Assembly (NCBI GenBank): GCA_964016885.1
Contig: OZ024743.1
Coordinates: forward strand, 242,792,001 to 242,856,000
Direction of reading: 5' to 3'
Origin: Eledone cirrhosa
Lineage: Eukaryota
Length of the DNA: 64,000 nt
Shown here: positions 12,261 through 25,756 of the stretch, piece after piece
How positions within the stretch are numbered: position 1 is the stretch's first letter
Layout: each line of letters opens with the position of its first letter
Notes under the pieces: model-generated
The model's input: only the letters and a program-made list of their open reading frames with translations
Databases searched by the model: none
Told to the model about the DNA's origin: nothing
Position numbers and translations under genes: made by a program

Positions 12261-13041
12261 CAACATAAAATGATTGTTGTGTGCTCGGCAAGATAGGAGA
12301 GTTTTATCTACTCTATATTATCACAGTTTGGACACCAGCCACTTTACAGAGTTGACTGGGTATGTTTTATCAATGCCCCAACACTACCACTTTACAGAGT
12401 GTACTGAGTGCATTCTATTGTGGTACCAACACTATTTTAAAAACAGCTATTATTATTTTCATCTATTCCCCTAACCGAAGTAATTTCATATCAGTAATAC
12501 TTCTCATTAATGTATACATAAGCAACCTCTTGAATTTTTATGAAGTGCTGCGGGGATAAAGTTAATATAAAGAATGGTGTGTTCATACACAGAGATACTA
12601 TAAAATAGCCTATAAAATAGAATAAAGACCCTTAAAGAAGGAAAAAAAAGTTCCCTTGGCTGATATAAGGAATGGAACCCCATAACTCCCAGATACTAAC
12701 TAGGCACTTTGAACCATTAAGCCAAGAGACCATGACAACTCTTACCATCTTAAATCAGATAGCTCAATCACAGCTTTTAAATGTCAACAAACATTGTGAA
12801 TACTTAGCCGATCTCTCGGTCTTTTCCGAAGTGCTGAGAGTTTAAAGTTAATATAAAGAATGATGTGTTCATGCACAGAGATACTATAAAATATCTTATA
12901 AAATAGGATGAAGATCCTTAAAGACGGAAATAGAAGTTGCCATTGAGGAATGAAACTTCATATATTCCAAATAGCCAGTATCTGGAAGATAAGGGTTCGA
13001 TTCTTCATAGCAGCCAGCTGAGGCAACTTGTTTTTCCATCT

Positions 13042-13258
13042 TTAACCCTCTATTTACATTACATTACTCTATATTTACTATTATATTTTCATAGTAAACA
13101 CTTTATCTCTCATAATTATCTCACATAATCTATGAGATTGATATTATTTATTTTGAGAACCTTAACATAAGTATGAGCAGCAGGTTATAACCGGTTTGAA
13201 TAGAAAGAGATGAGAGAATTCCGGCCAGATATGGTCGGTTTAAATGCTAAAGGATTAG
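13042..13258. mobile_element. TTAA-type (piggyBac-like) MITE, degenerate copy
   Basis: Homologous to 22278-22487 in the opposite orientation. Confidence 0.7.
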
Positions 13259-13507
13259 GGTTAGGGTTAAGGGTCTTCACTCTATTCTAAAAGCAATTTT
13301 ATAGCATCTCCGCACATGAGCACATAATTTTTTATATTAACTTCTCATTAAATTAAAATTAAACAATATTTCATACTAGATTTGTTTAAAGAATAGCTTC
13401 TCATCATATCAAAATATTTCCACTGATTCTGTAAACAAATGACATTTCAATGGAAATCAGCAGGAAAAAAAAATAAATACTACACTGAATCCTGAAATAT
13501 ATTGGTA

Positions 13508-13566
13508 ACATATACAAACACACATATATGTGTGTTTGTATATATATGTGTATGTATTTATATATA

Positions 13567-13622
<56 letters not shown>

Positions 13623-13804
13623 CATACAGATATATATATGTATGTATTTATTTATATATATATATATATTTAAATATGTATGTATTTATTTATATATATA
13701 TGTGTGTATATACATGTATGTGTGTGTGTATATATATATATATATATACATATATATTTATATATATATGTATATATTTATATATGTGAGTGTATTTACA
13801 TGTA

Positions 13805-13867
<63 letters not shown>

Positions 13868-13870
13868 AAA
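13508..13870. repeat. (TA)/(TG) compound microsatellite
   Basis: Directly visible. Confidence 0.95.
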
Positions 13871-14360
13871 TATATATTTTTAAGCAATCTAACAAATAAT
13901 GTGCTAAAACAGATATAATAAATTATTATGTGTGTGGACATTGTTGTAAGTCTAAAAATAGACCTTTAATTGTGGTCATATGATCATAGAAAATTCAATA
14001 AACTGATTTCTTCTCCCAAGCCTAAAAGAAAGGTTATAAATTTGTTTTGCTTGAATCAATAAAAATCTACTTAAAACAGTTAGATTGGCTAATAACTGTT
14101 GTGACCTGTTTTAAAAAACACAGATTGTCCCTATATACACATTAGCATTAGAGAGATAACACTATTTAAATATGACTGAATATAAATTGGTCTTCTTTAG
14201 ACAAGAGAGGTGTGGCGAGGCATGGTGAAAATATTCCTCTTATGAATTTGAAGGTAATAACCAAAGTTTAAGCTACTGAAGCAAATGGTTTAAGTTGGTA
14301 CTGACAATATACTAAATATATGTCACTGTCACAGCATATATATTATATATATGTGTGTGT

Positions 14361-14691
14361 AGGCATGTGGCTTAGTGGTTAGAACATTGTGCTTATAATC
14401 ATGAGGTTGTGAGTTTGATTCCTAGACTGAGCAGTGCATTTTGTCCTTGAATAAGACAATTTATTTCACATTGTTCCAGTTCACTTAGCTGCAGAAATGA
14501 GTTGCAACATCACTGAAGCCAAGCTGTATCGGCCTTTGCTTTTCACATGGACAAGATCAGTGGCATGGAGAAGGGAGACAAGTATGCATGGGTAATTAAA
14601 ATCTTCCACAAAAACACCTTGTCCAGGTTTCTGCCTCAGAGGTGAACTTTATAGGTGTAAATCCCATGGTCACTCATGACTAAAGAAGGTC

Positions 14692-14692
<1 letters not shown>
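14361..14692 (+). mobile_element. tRNA-derived CORE-type SINE
   Basis: TGGCTTAGTGG A-box, GAGTTTGATTCC B-box, then TGTCCTTGAATAAGACAATTTATTTCACATTGTTCCAG core-like segment. Related copies at ~22670-22815, 24990-25140, 54460-54580 and 60120-60236. Confidence 0.65.
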
Positions 14693-14720
<28 letters not shown>

Positions 14721-14722
<2 letters not shown>

Positions 14723-16399
14723 CATCATCATCATCATCATCATCAACGTTTAACGTCCGTGTTCCACGCTTGCATGGGTTTGGACGGGGGTTTTCCCACT
14801 TGAGGCAAGAGTGATTGTCTTGCTCGCATAGGACTGTCTGGCAGGTTTTCTACAGTTGGATGCCCTTCCTAACACCAACCACATTTACAGTGTGGGTCTG
14901 GGAGGTTTTTACCGTGTTGCCTACACGGCCACATTACAGCGTGGACTGTCTGGCGGGTTTTCTACAGCTGGATGCCCTTCCTAACACCAACCACATTTAC
15001 AGTGTGGGTCTGGGAGGTTTTTACCGTGTTGCCTACACGGCCACATTACAGCGTGGACTGTGTGTTTTTTTGTCGTGACACCTACACGATCTCATTTGTT
15101 TCGGCCTGGATGGTGTGGCACCAACATAACTTTACATAGAAGGGGGCGGTGTGGATGGGGTGGGGGTGGTGGGACGGGGGTGTATTTTGTTAGAGATGCC
15201 TACTGACTGTAGTAGGTTTTACTTTGTATTTAGGTAAGGCGGGTCTTCTCTATTACTGAGTACCGCCAAAGGTCTCGGTCCAGTGACATTGTCTTGGTGA
15301 GGTGTAAGTGTGTGAGGTCGGAGTTTATCAGCTCGTCCCAGGTTTTTCTGGGTCTGCCTATTCCGTGGCTACCGTCTATCTTTATTGCCCTGCACTTTGT
15401 TATACAGCTATCGTCCTTCATGCGCATCACGTGACCATACCAACGTAGCCTTCTCTCTAGTAAACAACATCTGATCCCTCTTATTTCTAATTTTTTCCTT
15501 AGTTCGTTTATGCTTTGTCGTTCACGTATATTACTATTACACATCCAGCGGAGCATGCAAGCTTCGTTTCTCTCTAGTCTGCGTATATCCTCTGCACACA
15601 ATGCCCAGGTCTCACTGCCATGCAACATTGCTGTTCGTATGCAGGCATCGTACAGCCTGCCTTTCATTTTTAGGGAGAACCCTTTAGCGGCTAATAGTGG
15701 TATAAGCTCTCTGAACTTTTTCCACCCAGTTCTGACTCTAGCTACTGTTCTTTCAGAGCACCCTCCCCCACTGCTGATTTTGTCACCCAGGTAACGGAAG
15801 CTGTCCACTATTTCTATAGAACCCTCTGCGCAGTTGAAAGAGCTAGTATTTTGTGGGCACTTGCTGCTACTTATTGCCCCAGAACACCGGCCACATGTAA
15901 AATCTATGTTCTTAGTTAGCTTACCTGTGATCCCACTACATCTTTTATGCACCCAAACTTTGCATTTGGGACACAAAATGGAATTTCTACCTACGCCTTT
16001 CCTACACTCTGCGCATGGCCACTTCCTGGACGGGACCGCCGCCTTATTTTCTTTCTTACAAACTAGAACTTTAGTCTTAGCCAGGTTAATTTTAAGGCCT
16101 TTTGATTCTAGGCCGTGCTTCCATGTTTGGAATTTCTTCTCTAGCTCAGCCATTGATTCAGCTATGAGCGTTAGATCATCTGCGTATAGGAGTTCCCATG
16201 GGCAGCCGGTCTTGAACTCCACTGTTATAGCCTGGAGGGCAATAATAAATAGTAGGGGGCTAAGAACAGAGCCCGGATGAACACCAACTTTTACACTAAA
16301 CTCTTCACTATATTCGTTGTTAATTCTAACCTTGCTGACTGTTTCTTTATACATGGCTTGTATAGCTCTCACAAGCCATTCATCAACACCTAGTTTTCT
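14721..16399 (-). mobile_element. 5'-truncated RTE LINE (RT with YADD, PHD finger, 3' UTR, tail)
   Basis: 380-aa ORF 15230-16372 near-identical to the C-terminal half of 33103-35466. (TA)n on both sides. Confidence 0.95.
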
Positions 16400-16934
16400 A
16401 TATATATATATATATATATATCACCACCATCATCACTATTTTATGTCTCTTTTCTATGCTGGTCTGGGTTAAACAGGTTGTCACATTCTGAGACCCAACA
16501 TACCATATCTTGTTTATATGTTCCATGTTCTGGCATGGTTTCTATAGTTAGATACTCTTCCTAATACCAACCACTTTACAAAGTGTACTGGGTGCATTTT
16601 ATCATGGCACCAGCACTGAGGTGAAATTTTCTATATATATTAAATAAAATGTAATTATTTTGATACAATAAATATAAAATGAAATTGATGTATATAAATT
16701 ACACCTTCTGACCAGTTCGGTCATAAAAGAAAAAGATAATGTCACAATTCGTGATAGGTCACACCATTTGTAGCAAACTCTCCTGATTTTCCCTCAATCA
16801 CAACACATAAAACTGCACTAGAAACACTAGACTGCTTTTAGAGTGGGGAATGACTATCTATAAAAAACAAATATACTATATATATATAATGTCCAAAAAT
16901 ATTACCACCACAAGTTTCAAATATTTATAAGATA

Positions 16935-19845
16935 TAAGGTGTAAATATACTATCTATCAGGTGTAAATATATTATCTATCAGATGTAAATATATTATCTA
17001 TAAAGTGAAAATTCTTTATCTATAAGGTTTAAATATATTATCTATCAGGTAAAAATATATTATCTATAAAGTGTAAATATATAATCTATCAAGTGTAAAT
17101 ATATAATGTATAAGGTATTAATATATTATCTATAAGGTATAAATATACTATCTATCAGGTATAAATATACTATCTATCAGGTAAAAATATATTATCTATA
17201 AAATGTAAATATATTATCTATAATGTCTAAATATATTATATATCATATAAGGTATATATATATATTATCTCTCGGGTGTAAATATATTATAAGTAAAGTA
17301 TAAATATAATATAAATTATGTGTCATCTATAAGGTCTAAATATATTATCTATAAAGTGAAAATATATAATCTATAAGGTCTAAATATATTATCTACAAGG
17401 CCTAAATATACTATCTATCAGGTGTAAATATATTATCTATCAGGTGTAAATATATTATCTATAAGGTATAAATATACTCTCTATCAGGTGTAAATATATG
17501 ATCTATCAGGTGTAAATATATTATCTATAAGGTATAAATATACTATCTATCAGGTGTAAATATATTATCTATAAGGTATAAATATACTATCTATCAGGTG
17601 TAAATATACTCTCTATCAGGTGTAAAAATATTATCTATAAGGTATAAATATACTATCTATCAGGTGTAAATATATTATCTATAAGGTATAAATATACTCT
17701 CTATCAGGTGTAAATATATTATCTATAAGGTATAAATATACTCTCTATCAGGTGTAAATATATTATCTATAAGGTATAAATATATTATCTATCAGGTGTA
17801 AATATATTATCTATAAGGTATAAATATATTATCTATCAGGTGTAAATATATTATCTATAAGGTATAAATATACTCTCTATCAGGTGTAAATATATTATCT
17901 ATAAGGTATAAATATATTATCTATAAGGTATAAATATATTATCTATCAGGTGTAAATATATTATCTATAAGGTATAAATATACTCTCTATCAGGTGTAAA
18001 TATATTATCTATAAGGTATAAATATACTCTCTATCAGGTGTAAATATATTATCTATAAGATATAAATATATTATTTATCAGGTGTAAGTATATTATCTAT
18101 AAGGTATAAATATACTATCTATCAGGTCTAAATATATTATCTATCAGGTGTAAATATATTATCTATAAGGTATAAATATATTGTCTATCAGGTGTAAATA
18201 TATTATCTATCAGGTATAAATATACTATCTATCAGGTGTAAATATATTATCTATAAGGTATAAATATACTCTCTATCAGGTGTAAATATATTATCTATAA
18301 GATATAAATATATTATTTATCAGGTGTAAATATATTATCTATAAGGTATAAATATACTATCTATCAGGTGTAAATATATTATCTATCAGGTGTAAATATA
18401 TTATCTATAAGGTATAAATATACTATCTATCAGGTGTAAATATATTATGTATAAGGTATAAATATATTATCTATCAGGTATAAGTGTATTATCTATAAGG
18501 TATAAATATACTATCTATCAGATGTAAATATATTATCTATCAGGTATAAATATATTATCTATAAAGTGTAAATATATTATCTACGAGCAGTGGTACCCGG
18601 CGTTGCACGGGATAAGGTATTTTGGAAGGTAACAGACCTAATCGTGGAAAAACTGCATGCATGCATGCCTGGACAATATGTAAAGAAAATAAACCGAATA
18701 CTCTGATGACTGGATAATCTTTAAGATTTTACTCGATGAAGCAGGAAAAATGCAGGTCTTCACCTAATGCGGGCCCCTAGGGGATCAAGAAAATGAATTT
18801 TTTTAATGTCCATATGCCTTGAAATTTCGGGGAAATCGGCTAGACGTAACACCTCCAAAAAGCCCTAAAAAGCTGAAGAAATGAAGTTTTTCACCTAATG
18901 CGGGCCCCAGGCCATAAAAAAGTTGGATTTTCTTTGCTCACGGTATGAAGAAGAGACTGACTAACACTCCCTGAAACATAAGTAATACACATGTAAAGTT
19001 TGAAAAGGAGCGGTTGGATATTTCTCGGGTTTTAGGGGATTCAAACTCACAGACACACACACACGCGCGCACACACACACACAGAGACATCCTCAGGGAA
19101 GTGATGTAATGCAGACAGGCAGACATACAGACAGATATTATAAGGGCGCGACGTTATATGTATGTATCTATCTAAAAAGAGAAAGAGTAAGAATTATAGA
19201 GAGATCGCTAAATCGCCTAATGTGGTCCCTAGGGCATTGAAAATTTGAATTTTTTTTGCTCAGAACATTCCCTGAAACATAAGTATTACATGTGGAAAGT
19301 TTGAAAACAGTCGGTTGGGTGGTTCTCTAGTTTTAGGAATTCAAACTCATACACACACAGGCAGACATCCTCAGTTTTATATTTATAGATAAGGTCTAAA
19401 TATATTATCTATAAGGTCTAAATATATTATCTATAAGGTATAAGTATATTATCTATAAGGTATAAATATACTATCTATCAGGTCTAAATATATTATCTAT
19501 CAGGTGTAAATATATTATCTATAGGGTCTAAATATATTATCTATCAGGTCTAAATATATTATCTATCAGGTGTAAATATATTATCTATAAGGTCTAAATA
19601 TATTATCTATAAGGTCTAAATATATTATCTATAAGGTCTAAATATACTATCTATCAGGTCTAAATATATTATCTATCAGGTGTAAATATATTATCTATAG
19701 GGTCTAAATATATTATCTATAGGGTCTAAATATATTATCTATCAGGTCTAAATATATTATCTATAAGGTCTAAATATATTATCTATAAGGTCTAAATATA
19801 TTATCTATAAGGTCTAAATATATTATCTATAAGGTCTAAATATAA
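16935..19845. repeat. 22-bp minisatellite (GGTGTAAATATATTATCTATCA) interrupted by a Helitron
   Basis: Period 22 on both sides of 18584-19389. Confidence 0.94.
18584..19389 (-). mobile_element. Non-autonomous Helitron
   Basis: Minus strand starts TC, ends with hairpin CCCGTGCAACGCCGGG then CTCG. Inserted between A and T with no TSD; removing it restores the unit ATATTATCTA|TAAGG. Confidence 0.8.
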
Positions 19846-20198
19846 TTGTTTCTACTTTACGCACAAGGCCAGGATTACCCAGTGCATTACTGGTACTTTA
19901 TTTTATCGACCCCGTAAGGATGAAAGGCAAAGTCAACCTCAGCAAGGTCTAAATATAATATCTATCAAATACAGTGTATATATATTATCTATAAAATGTA
20001 AATATAATATCAATAAGGCCTTATCTATATGATATAAATGTATTATCTATCAGGTGTATATATACGATTTAAAGGTACAAAACATCCTATTCTCCTATCA
20101 ATTATGTCTCATCATCTACCATAGCCTCAGGCTGACCAATTCCTTGTTAGTGGAATTTGGTAAATGGCAAATTAATCTTGATGAACTTAAAGGTTTTC

Positions 20199-21317
20199 TT
20201 AACCCCTTCATGGCTGCATTTCTAATGAAATACACTCTATTTTAATTAATTAATGAAGAATTTATTAATTATTTCATAACTAAGATAATAACTTAATGTA
20301 AGATTCTTATATAAAATTATGTTGGAAGATTTTAATTTAAATTGGAAACTTTTAGAATGGGTGGTTTTTATTTCATAGAACCAGAGCTGGTTTTGGCCAG
20401 GTTGGTAACTAAAGGGTTAAAATGGGTGGTTTTATTTCATAGAACCAGAGCTGGGTTTGGCCAGGTTGGTAACTAAAGGGTTAAAATGGGTGGTTTTATT
20501 TCATAGAACCAGAGCTGGGTTTGGCCAGGTTGGTAACTAAAGGGTTAAAATGGGTGGTTTTATTTCATAGAACCAGAGCTGGGTTTGGCCAGGTTAGTAG
20601 CTAGAGGGTTAAAATGAATGGTTTTATTTCATAGAACCAGAGCTGGGTTTGGCCGGGTTGGTAACTAAAGGGTTAAAATGGGTGGTTTTATTTCATAGAA
20701 CCAGAGCTGGGTTTGGCCAGGTTAGTAACTAAAGGGTTAAAATGAATGGTTTTATTTCATAGAACCAGAGCTGGGTTTGGCCGGGTTGGTAACTAAAGGG
20801 TTAAAATGGGTGGTTTTTATTTCATAGAACCAGAGCTGGGTTTGGCCGGGTTGGTAACTAAAGGGTTAAAATGGGTGGTTTTATTTCATAGAACCAGAGC
20901 TGGGTTTGGCCGGGTTGGTAACTAAAGGGTTAAAATGGGTGGTTTTATTTCATAGAACCAGAGCTGGGTTTGGCCAGGTTAGTAGCTAAAGGGTTAAAAT
21001 GAATGGTTTTATTTCATAGAACCAGAGCTGGGTTTGGCCGGGTTGGTAACTAAAGGGTTAAAATGGGTGGTTTTATTTCATAGAACCAGAGCTGGGTTTG
21101 GCCAGGTTAGTAGCTAAAGGGTTAAAATGAATGGTTTTATTTCATAGAACCAGAGCTGGGTTTGGCCGGGTTGGTAACTAAAGGGTTAAAATGAATGGTT
21201 TTATTTCATAGAACCAGAGCTGGGTTTGGCCAGGTTGGTAACTAAAGGGTTAAAATGGGTGGTTTTATTTCATAGAACCAGAGCTGGGTTTGGCCAGGTT
21301 AGTAACTAAAGGGTTAA
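20199..21317. mobile_element. TTAA-type MITE whose right terminus is tandemly amplified
   Basis: Begins TTAACCCCTT and ends AAAGGGTTAA. Body resembles 54710-54850. Confidence 0.6.
20355..21317. repeat. 64-bp minisatellite, about 15 units, each ending AAAGGGTTAA
   Basis: Period 64 (e.g. 20411 to 20475). Confidence 0.96.
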
Positions 21318-21364
21318 ACACCAAAAAATCCATAGAAATTTAAAAGACAAGATAAAAAAAAAAA

Positions 21365-21762
21365 AGCAATGAGATGTATCTAAACTTAGGACTCCTAGGC
21401 AAAAGGTTGAGGAAGATATTCCGTTTATCAACACTTATGACTCAGGAGTACAAAACATATTTGCCACAATTAACACCTACCAATCCTGTCCCAAAGCACA
21501 AAAAGAAAAGATCTGGAGAATGAAACTTTTACCATTGAACTGCAAACACCAACCAAAGAACCCAAAATACATCTCACAAGTGTAAAATTTTTTTTAAATA
21601 ACCAAATTTTCCCTGAGAACTTGTAGTGATAGCTGGTGTGGGATATGCAGTAGTGGCGACTACAACTATTTGCAAACTGGTTCTGAGGTAAAATTAAAAA
21701 ATGAACAATCCTTTAAAAAAATGCAAAATTGCAAAACAGAAAATTTGATATATTATATAATC
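21365..21762 (+). mobile_element. Decayed Penelope-like (Neptune-type) fragment, RT-endonuclease linker
   Basis: Pieces translate as IPFINTYD, CSDSWCGIC and NCKTENLIYYI, resembling the Zn-linker and NxIYxI motif that precede GIY-YIG. Confidence 0.45.
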
Positions 21763-22277
21763 AGTGGCCCGTCTGAGGGAGGAGCCCCACGGGGTGGGGT
21801 GGCTGTTGCAGCGGGTGTCACTGGCCATTGTCCGCGGGAATGCTTTTGCAGTCTTGTATGCAGTCTTGTATGCAGGATGCAGCCCCATTACCGCCGCACC
21901 CTAGACCCAGAGCCCATCACCCTCCTCCTTCCCCCTCCCCATTCTTCTGTGACCCTAAAGCCCTTGCCTTTCCCTTCCTTTTCCATTTTTTTTATATTTT
22001 CTTATTTTACATTCCATTCTTTCTTCTCAATCTTTTTTTTGTCTTTTCTTATTAAATTGTTTTTAAAAATCATATAATCTATCTCAGCTGTTAGGAAAAT
22101 GATATTGGTCAGACAATATTGAATAATCTGTCTCAGCTGTTAGAAGAATTATATTGGTCAGACTGGTAACTCTTTGTGTGAACAAGTCAGAGTACACAAA
22201 CAACTGATACAAACAAAAAACAGAACTAAAGAAAATCCTTCAGTGTGAACATTTAGAAATTTGCACGAACAACTAAT

Positions 22278-22487
22278 TTAACCCTTTAGCATTTAAACCG
22301 ACTGTATATGGTCAGAATTCTCTCACTTCTTTCTATTCAAACCAGCCATAACTGGCCACTCATACTGATGTTAAGGTCTTAAAATAAATAATATCAAAAT
22401 CTCATAAATTCGATATTATGTGAGATAAAGCCTTTACTGTAAAAATATAATAGTAAATATAAAGTAATGTAAATGCTAAAGGGTTAA
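22278..22487. mobile_element. TTAA-type (piggyBac-like) MITE
   Basis: TTAA-CCCTTTAGCATTTA ... TAAATGCTAAAGGG-TTAA perfect TIRs. Confidence 0.85.
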
Positions 22488-23689
22488 AATATACTCTTTT
22501 CATAAATGTTCAAGGAATGAACTAAAGTAATAAAGAAAAGTAAATTAAGTCTGTCTAAAGCGAGAAGGCTCATAAGGTCAGTGCTTATCCTGGTTTCATA
22601 GTGTGAAACGACTGAGAGTACAAGACTCCTCCCAGGTCGCCAGTCTATTGTAGGGTTAAACCCACAGCTATTGCTGGTACTCATTTTCAGCTGAGTATAC
22701 TGGAGCAACATAAAATAAAGTGTTTTGCTCAAGAACACAACACGCAACCCAGTCCAGTAATCAAACCCACAACATTATGACCATAAGTCCAATACCCTTA
22801 CCACAAGGCCACATGTCTCCATATGAACTCACCCTTACCACAAGGTCACATGTCTCCATATGAACTAAAATACAGATTAGAAATATTTTATAAAGAAATT
22901 TTCTCTGAAACTAAAATATAACAGGCCCACTTAAAAAGATGCAAAAATACACATAGGGAACTTCTGACAGCAACTAACTTTATATCTTGGTAAATCTCAT
23001 AAGATACGAAAGAACTAGATTCAAATTATAAAGAATACTTTATTATTATATGTTCTTATGCAAGTGATAAACAATGTTTTATCACTTCTCCTGACAATTA
23101 TATTTTATTAGTGTGTGTGTGTATGCGTGTTCAGATTTGTGTTTGTGTCCGTTTAATTCCTGTAACTTTGTGGTTCAACAAAAGAGCTATCGATATATTA
23201 AGTGCCAGACATTAAAAAAAATACCAAAGTTGATATGATGGACTAAAATGAAGGCAGTGCACCAGCATGACCACACTCTAAAAACATGTGACAACTGAAA
23301 TACTCATCAGAACAGACATAAGTCCAACGTATGTGTGTACCTATGTGTATGTATGTGTGTGTGTGAATGTATATATGTTGTGTGTATGTGTATGTGTGTA
23401 TGTGTAACACGGTATTGTAATATTAACTATTTAAACCTGTAATTGCTTGTGTTATTGTTTGTTGTAATTCAGGAGGGCCATTCTGCCAACACACACACAC
23501 ACTGAGAAACACACACACACTAGATATATTTTGTTTCTTTACTGTTAATTAACTAATTAATTAATTAATTAATTAATTAATTAATTAATTAATTAACAAT
23601 AATGAAATTAACTCAAGTTAATTAATTAATATCTATTTCTACTCATGGTTCACATGTAAAGAATCTTGAAAAACAAATACAAATTGGAA

Positions 23690-24330
23690 ATATTGTTGTA
23701 ACTAAGTGAGAGTCCAAAAATAATAGACATGGAATATTGTTGTAACTAAGTTAGAGTACAGATACAACAGATGTAAAATATTGTTGTAATTAAGTTAGAG
23801 TACAGAAGCAACAGATGTGAAATATTGTTGTAACTTAGTTAGAGTACAGAAACAACAGATGTGAAATATTGTAACCAAGTCAGAGTACAGAAACAACAGA
23901 TGTGAAATATTGTAACCAAGTCAGAGTACAGAAACAACAGATGTGAAATATTATAACCAAGTCAGAGCACAGAAACAACAGATGTGAAATATTATTGTAA
24001 CCTAGTCAGAGTACAGAAACAACAGATGTAAAATATTGTTGTAACCTAGTCAGAGTACAGAAACAACACATGTAAAATATTGTTACTTAGTCAGAGTACA
24101 GAAACAACAGATGTAAAATATTATTATAACCAAGTCAGAGTACAGAAACAACAGATGTGAAATATTATAACTAAGTCAGAGTACAGAAACTACAGATGTA
24201 AAATAGTGTTACCTAGTCAGAGTACAGAAACAACAGATGTGAAATATTGTTACTTAGTCAGAGTACAGAAACAACAGATGTAAAATATAGTAACAAAGTC
24301 AGAGTACACAAAGAACAGATAAGAAATATT
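23690..24330. repeat. 41-44-bp minisatellite (AAGTCAGAGTACAGAAACAACAGATGTGAAATATTGTAACC)
   Basis: About 15 tandem units. Confidence 0.92.
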
Positions 24331-24365
24331 CTTGTGTTACTATTATAATATACAAAACCTTACAT

Positions 24366-25296
24366 CAGAGGTTCTCAAAGTGGGCATTACTGCCCCCCAG
24401 GGGTCGTTGAGAAGGTCAATGGGGGCATGGTGGCCTATGGGGGGTGGGGGCAGTAGAGATTATATAGTAGTATATTAGATATCAAATTATACATATTATA
24501 TATAAATATAGTAAAATAAGAAATATATATTTATTTATACATAATATATGTTATATTAGTTATTATATATATATTAATAGGGCGGTGGATTGGCAGTATC
24601 GGTAGAGGGCCGGACGCCATGCTTTGCAGCATAGAGTTACGGCCCTTTATGATCTGAGTTCAAATCCCGCTGAGGTTAACTTTGCCTTTCATCCTCACGG
24701 GGGTCGATAAAATAAAGTACCAGTCACGCACTGGGGTCGATTAAATCGACTTTCCCCTCCCCCCAAAAAAATTGCTGGCCTTGTGCCTATATAAGAAACA
24801 TCATCATCATCATTTCATTTTACGTCCGCTTTTCCCTGCTTGCAAGGGTGGGACGGGAACTGATTCTGGCTTGATTTCTACAGCTGGATGCCCTTCCTAA
24901 CACCAACCTCATTTACAGTGAGTGCTGGGTGCTTTTTTGCCGTGGCACCTCCACGACCACTTTGCAGTGGAATGATAGGGACCCCAGTCCCTACCATCTC
25001 ATTTCTACAGCTGAGTAAACTGGAGCAATGTGAAATAAAGTGTCTTGCTCAAGGAAACAACACATCACCTGGTCTGAGAATTGAACTCACAACCTTTCGA
25101 TTGCAAGGCCAGTGCCCTAACCACTAAGCCATGTGCCTCTTAACAATTATATATAAATTAATGATTATGTTTTTATATATTATTTACAATTTGTGTATAG
25201 GCAAATCTCTCTGGAAATAGGATTGGGGGGCATTGAGGGTATTACATGGTCGTGAGGGGGAGGGGGGCAGTGGCTCAAAACATTTAAGAACCTCTG
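24366..25296. mobile_element. hAT-type non-autonomous element with nested SINEs
   Basis: TIRs CAGAGGTTCTCAAA / TTTAAGAACCTCTG; 8-bp TSD CCTTACAT / CCTTACGT. Confidence 0.82.
24579..24800 (+). mobile_element. Meta-like tRNA SINE
   Basis: Same family as 8015-8202. Confidence 0.8.
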
Positions 25297-25348
25297 CCTT
25301 ACGTACTCCTATCCTTTTATACTAGTGGACCAATGCCCAATGCCGTCA

Positions 25349-25535
25349 ATAATTGTTTCTACTTTTGGCACAAGGCCAGCAATTACTTCAGTGTATTACT
25401 GGTACTTTATTTTATCGACCCCGTAAGGATGAAAGGCAAAGTTAGCCTCGACGGGATTTGAACTCAGAATGTCAAGGGCCGTAACTCTGTGCATCAAAGC
25501 ATGGCTTCCGACCCTCTACCGATACTGCCAATCCA
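25349..25535 (-). mobile_element. Meta-like tRNA SINE
   Basis: Reverse complement of the family consensus. Confidence 0.8.
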
Positions 25536-25756
25536 ATAGTAATAGCGTTAAATGTATTTACTTTTTGGAGTCTAGGATTAGTATGCTATATATGCAGGAT
25601 TACAGGATATATGAACAATCATCTGAACTGGGAAATTTGTATATGTAAACTTTAAAGAGTTACAGACAGGTTTATATATAAATATACAAATAGATGTAGC
25701 GTATTATTTTTGGTAGTCACATTGTTTAAATTTGTTGTTTTCAAAACTTACCGACT

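Noticed and set aside
13255-13273. Interstitial telomeric TTAGGG repeats
   Set aside because: Only 2-3 units, overlapping a MITE end (AAAGGGTTAA-like); too short to support.
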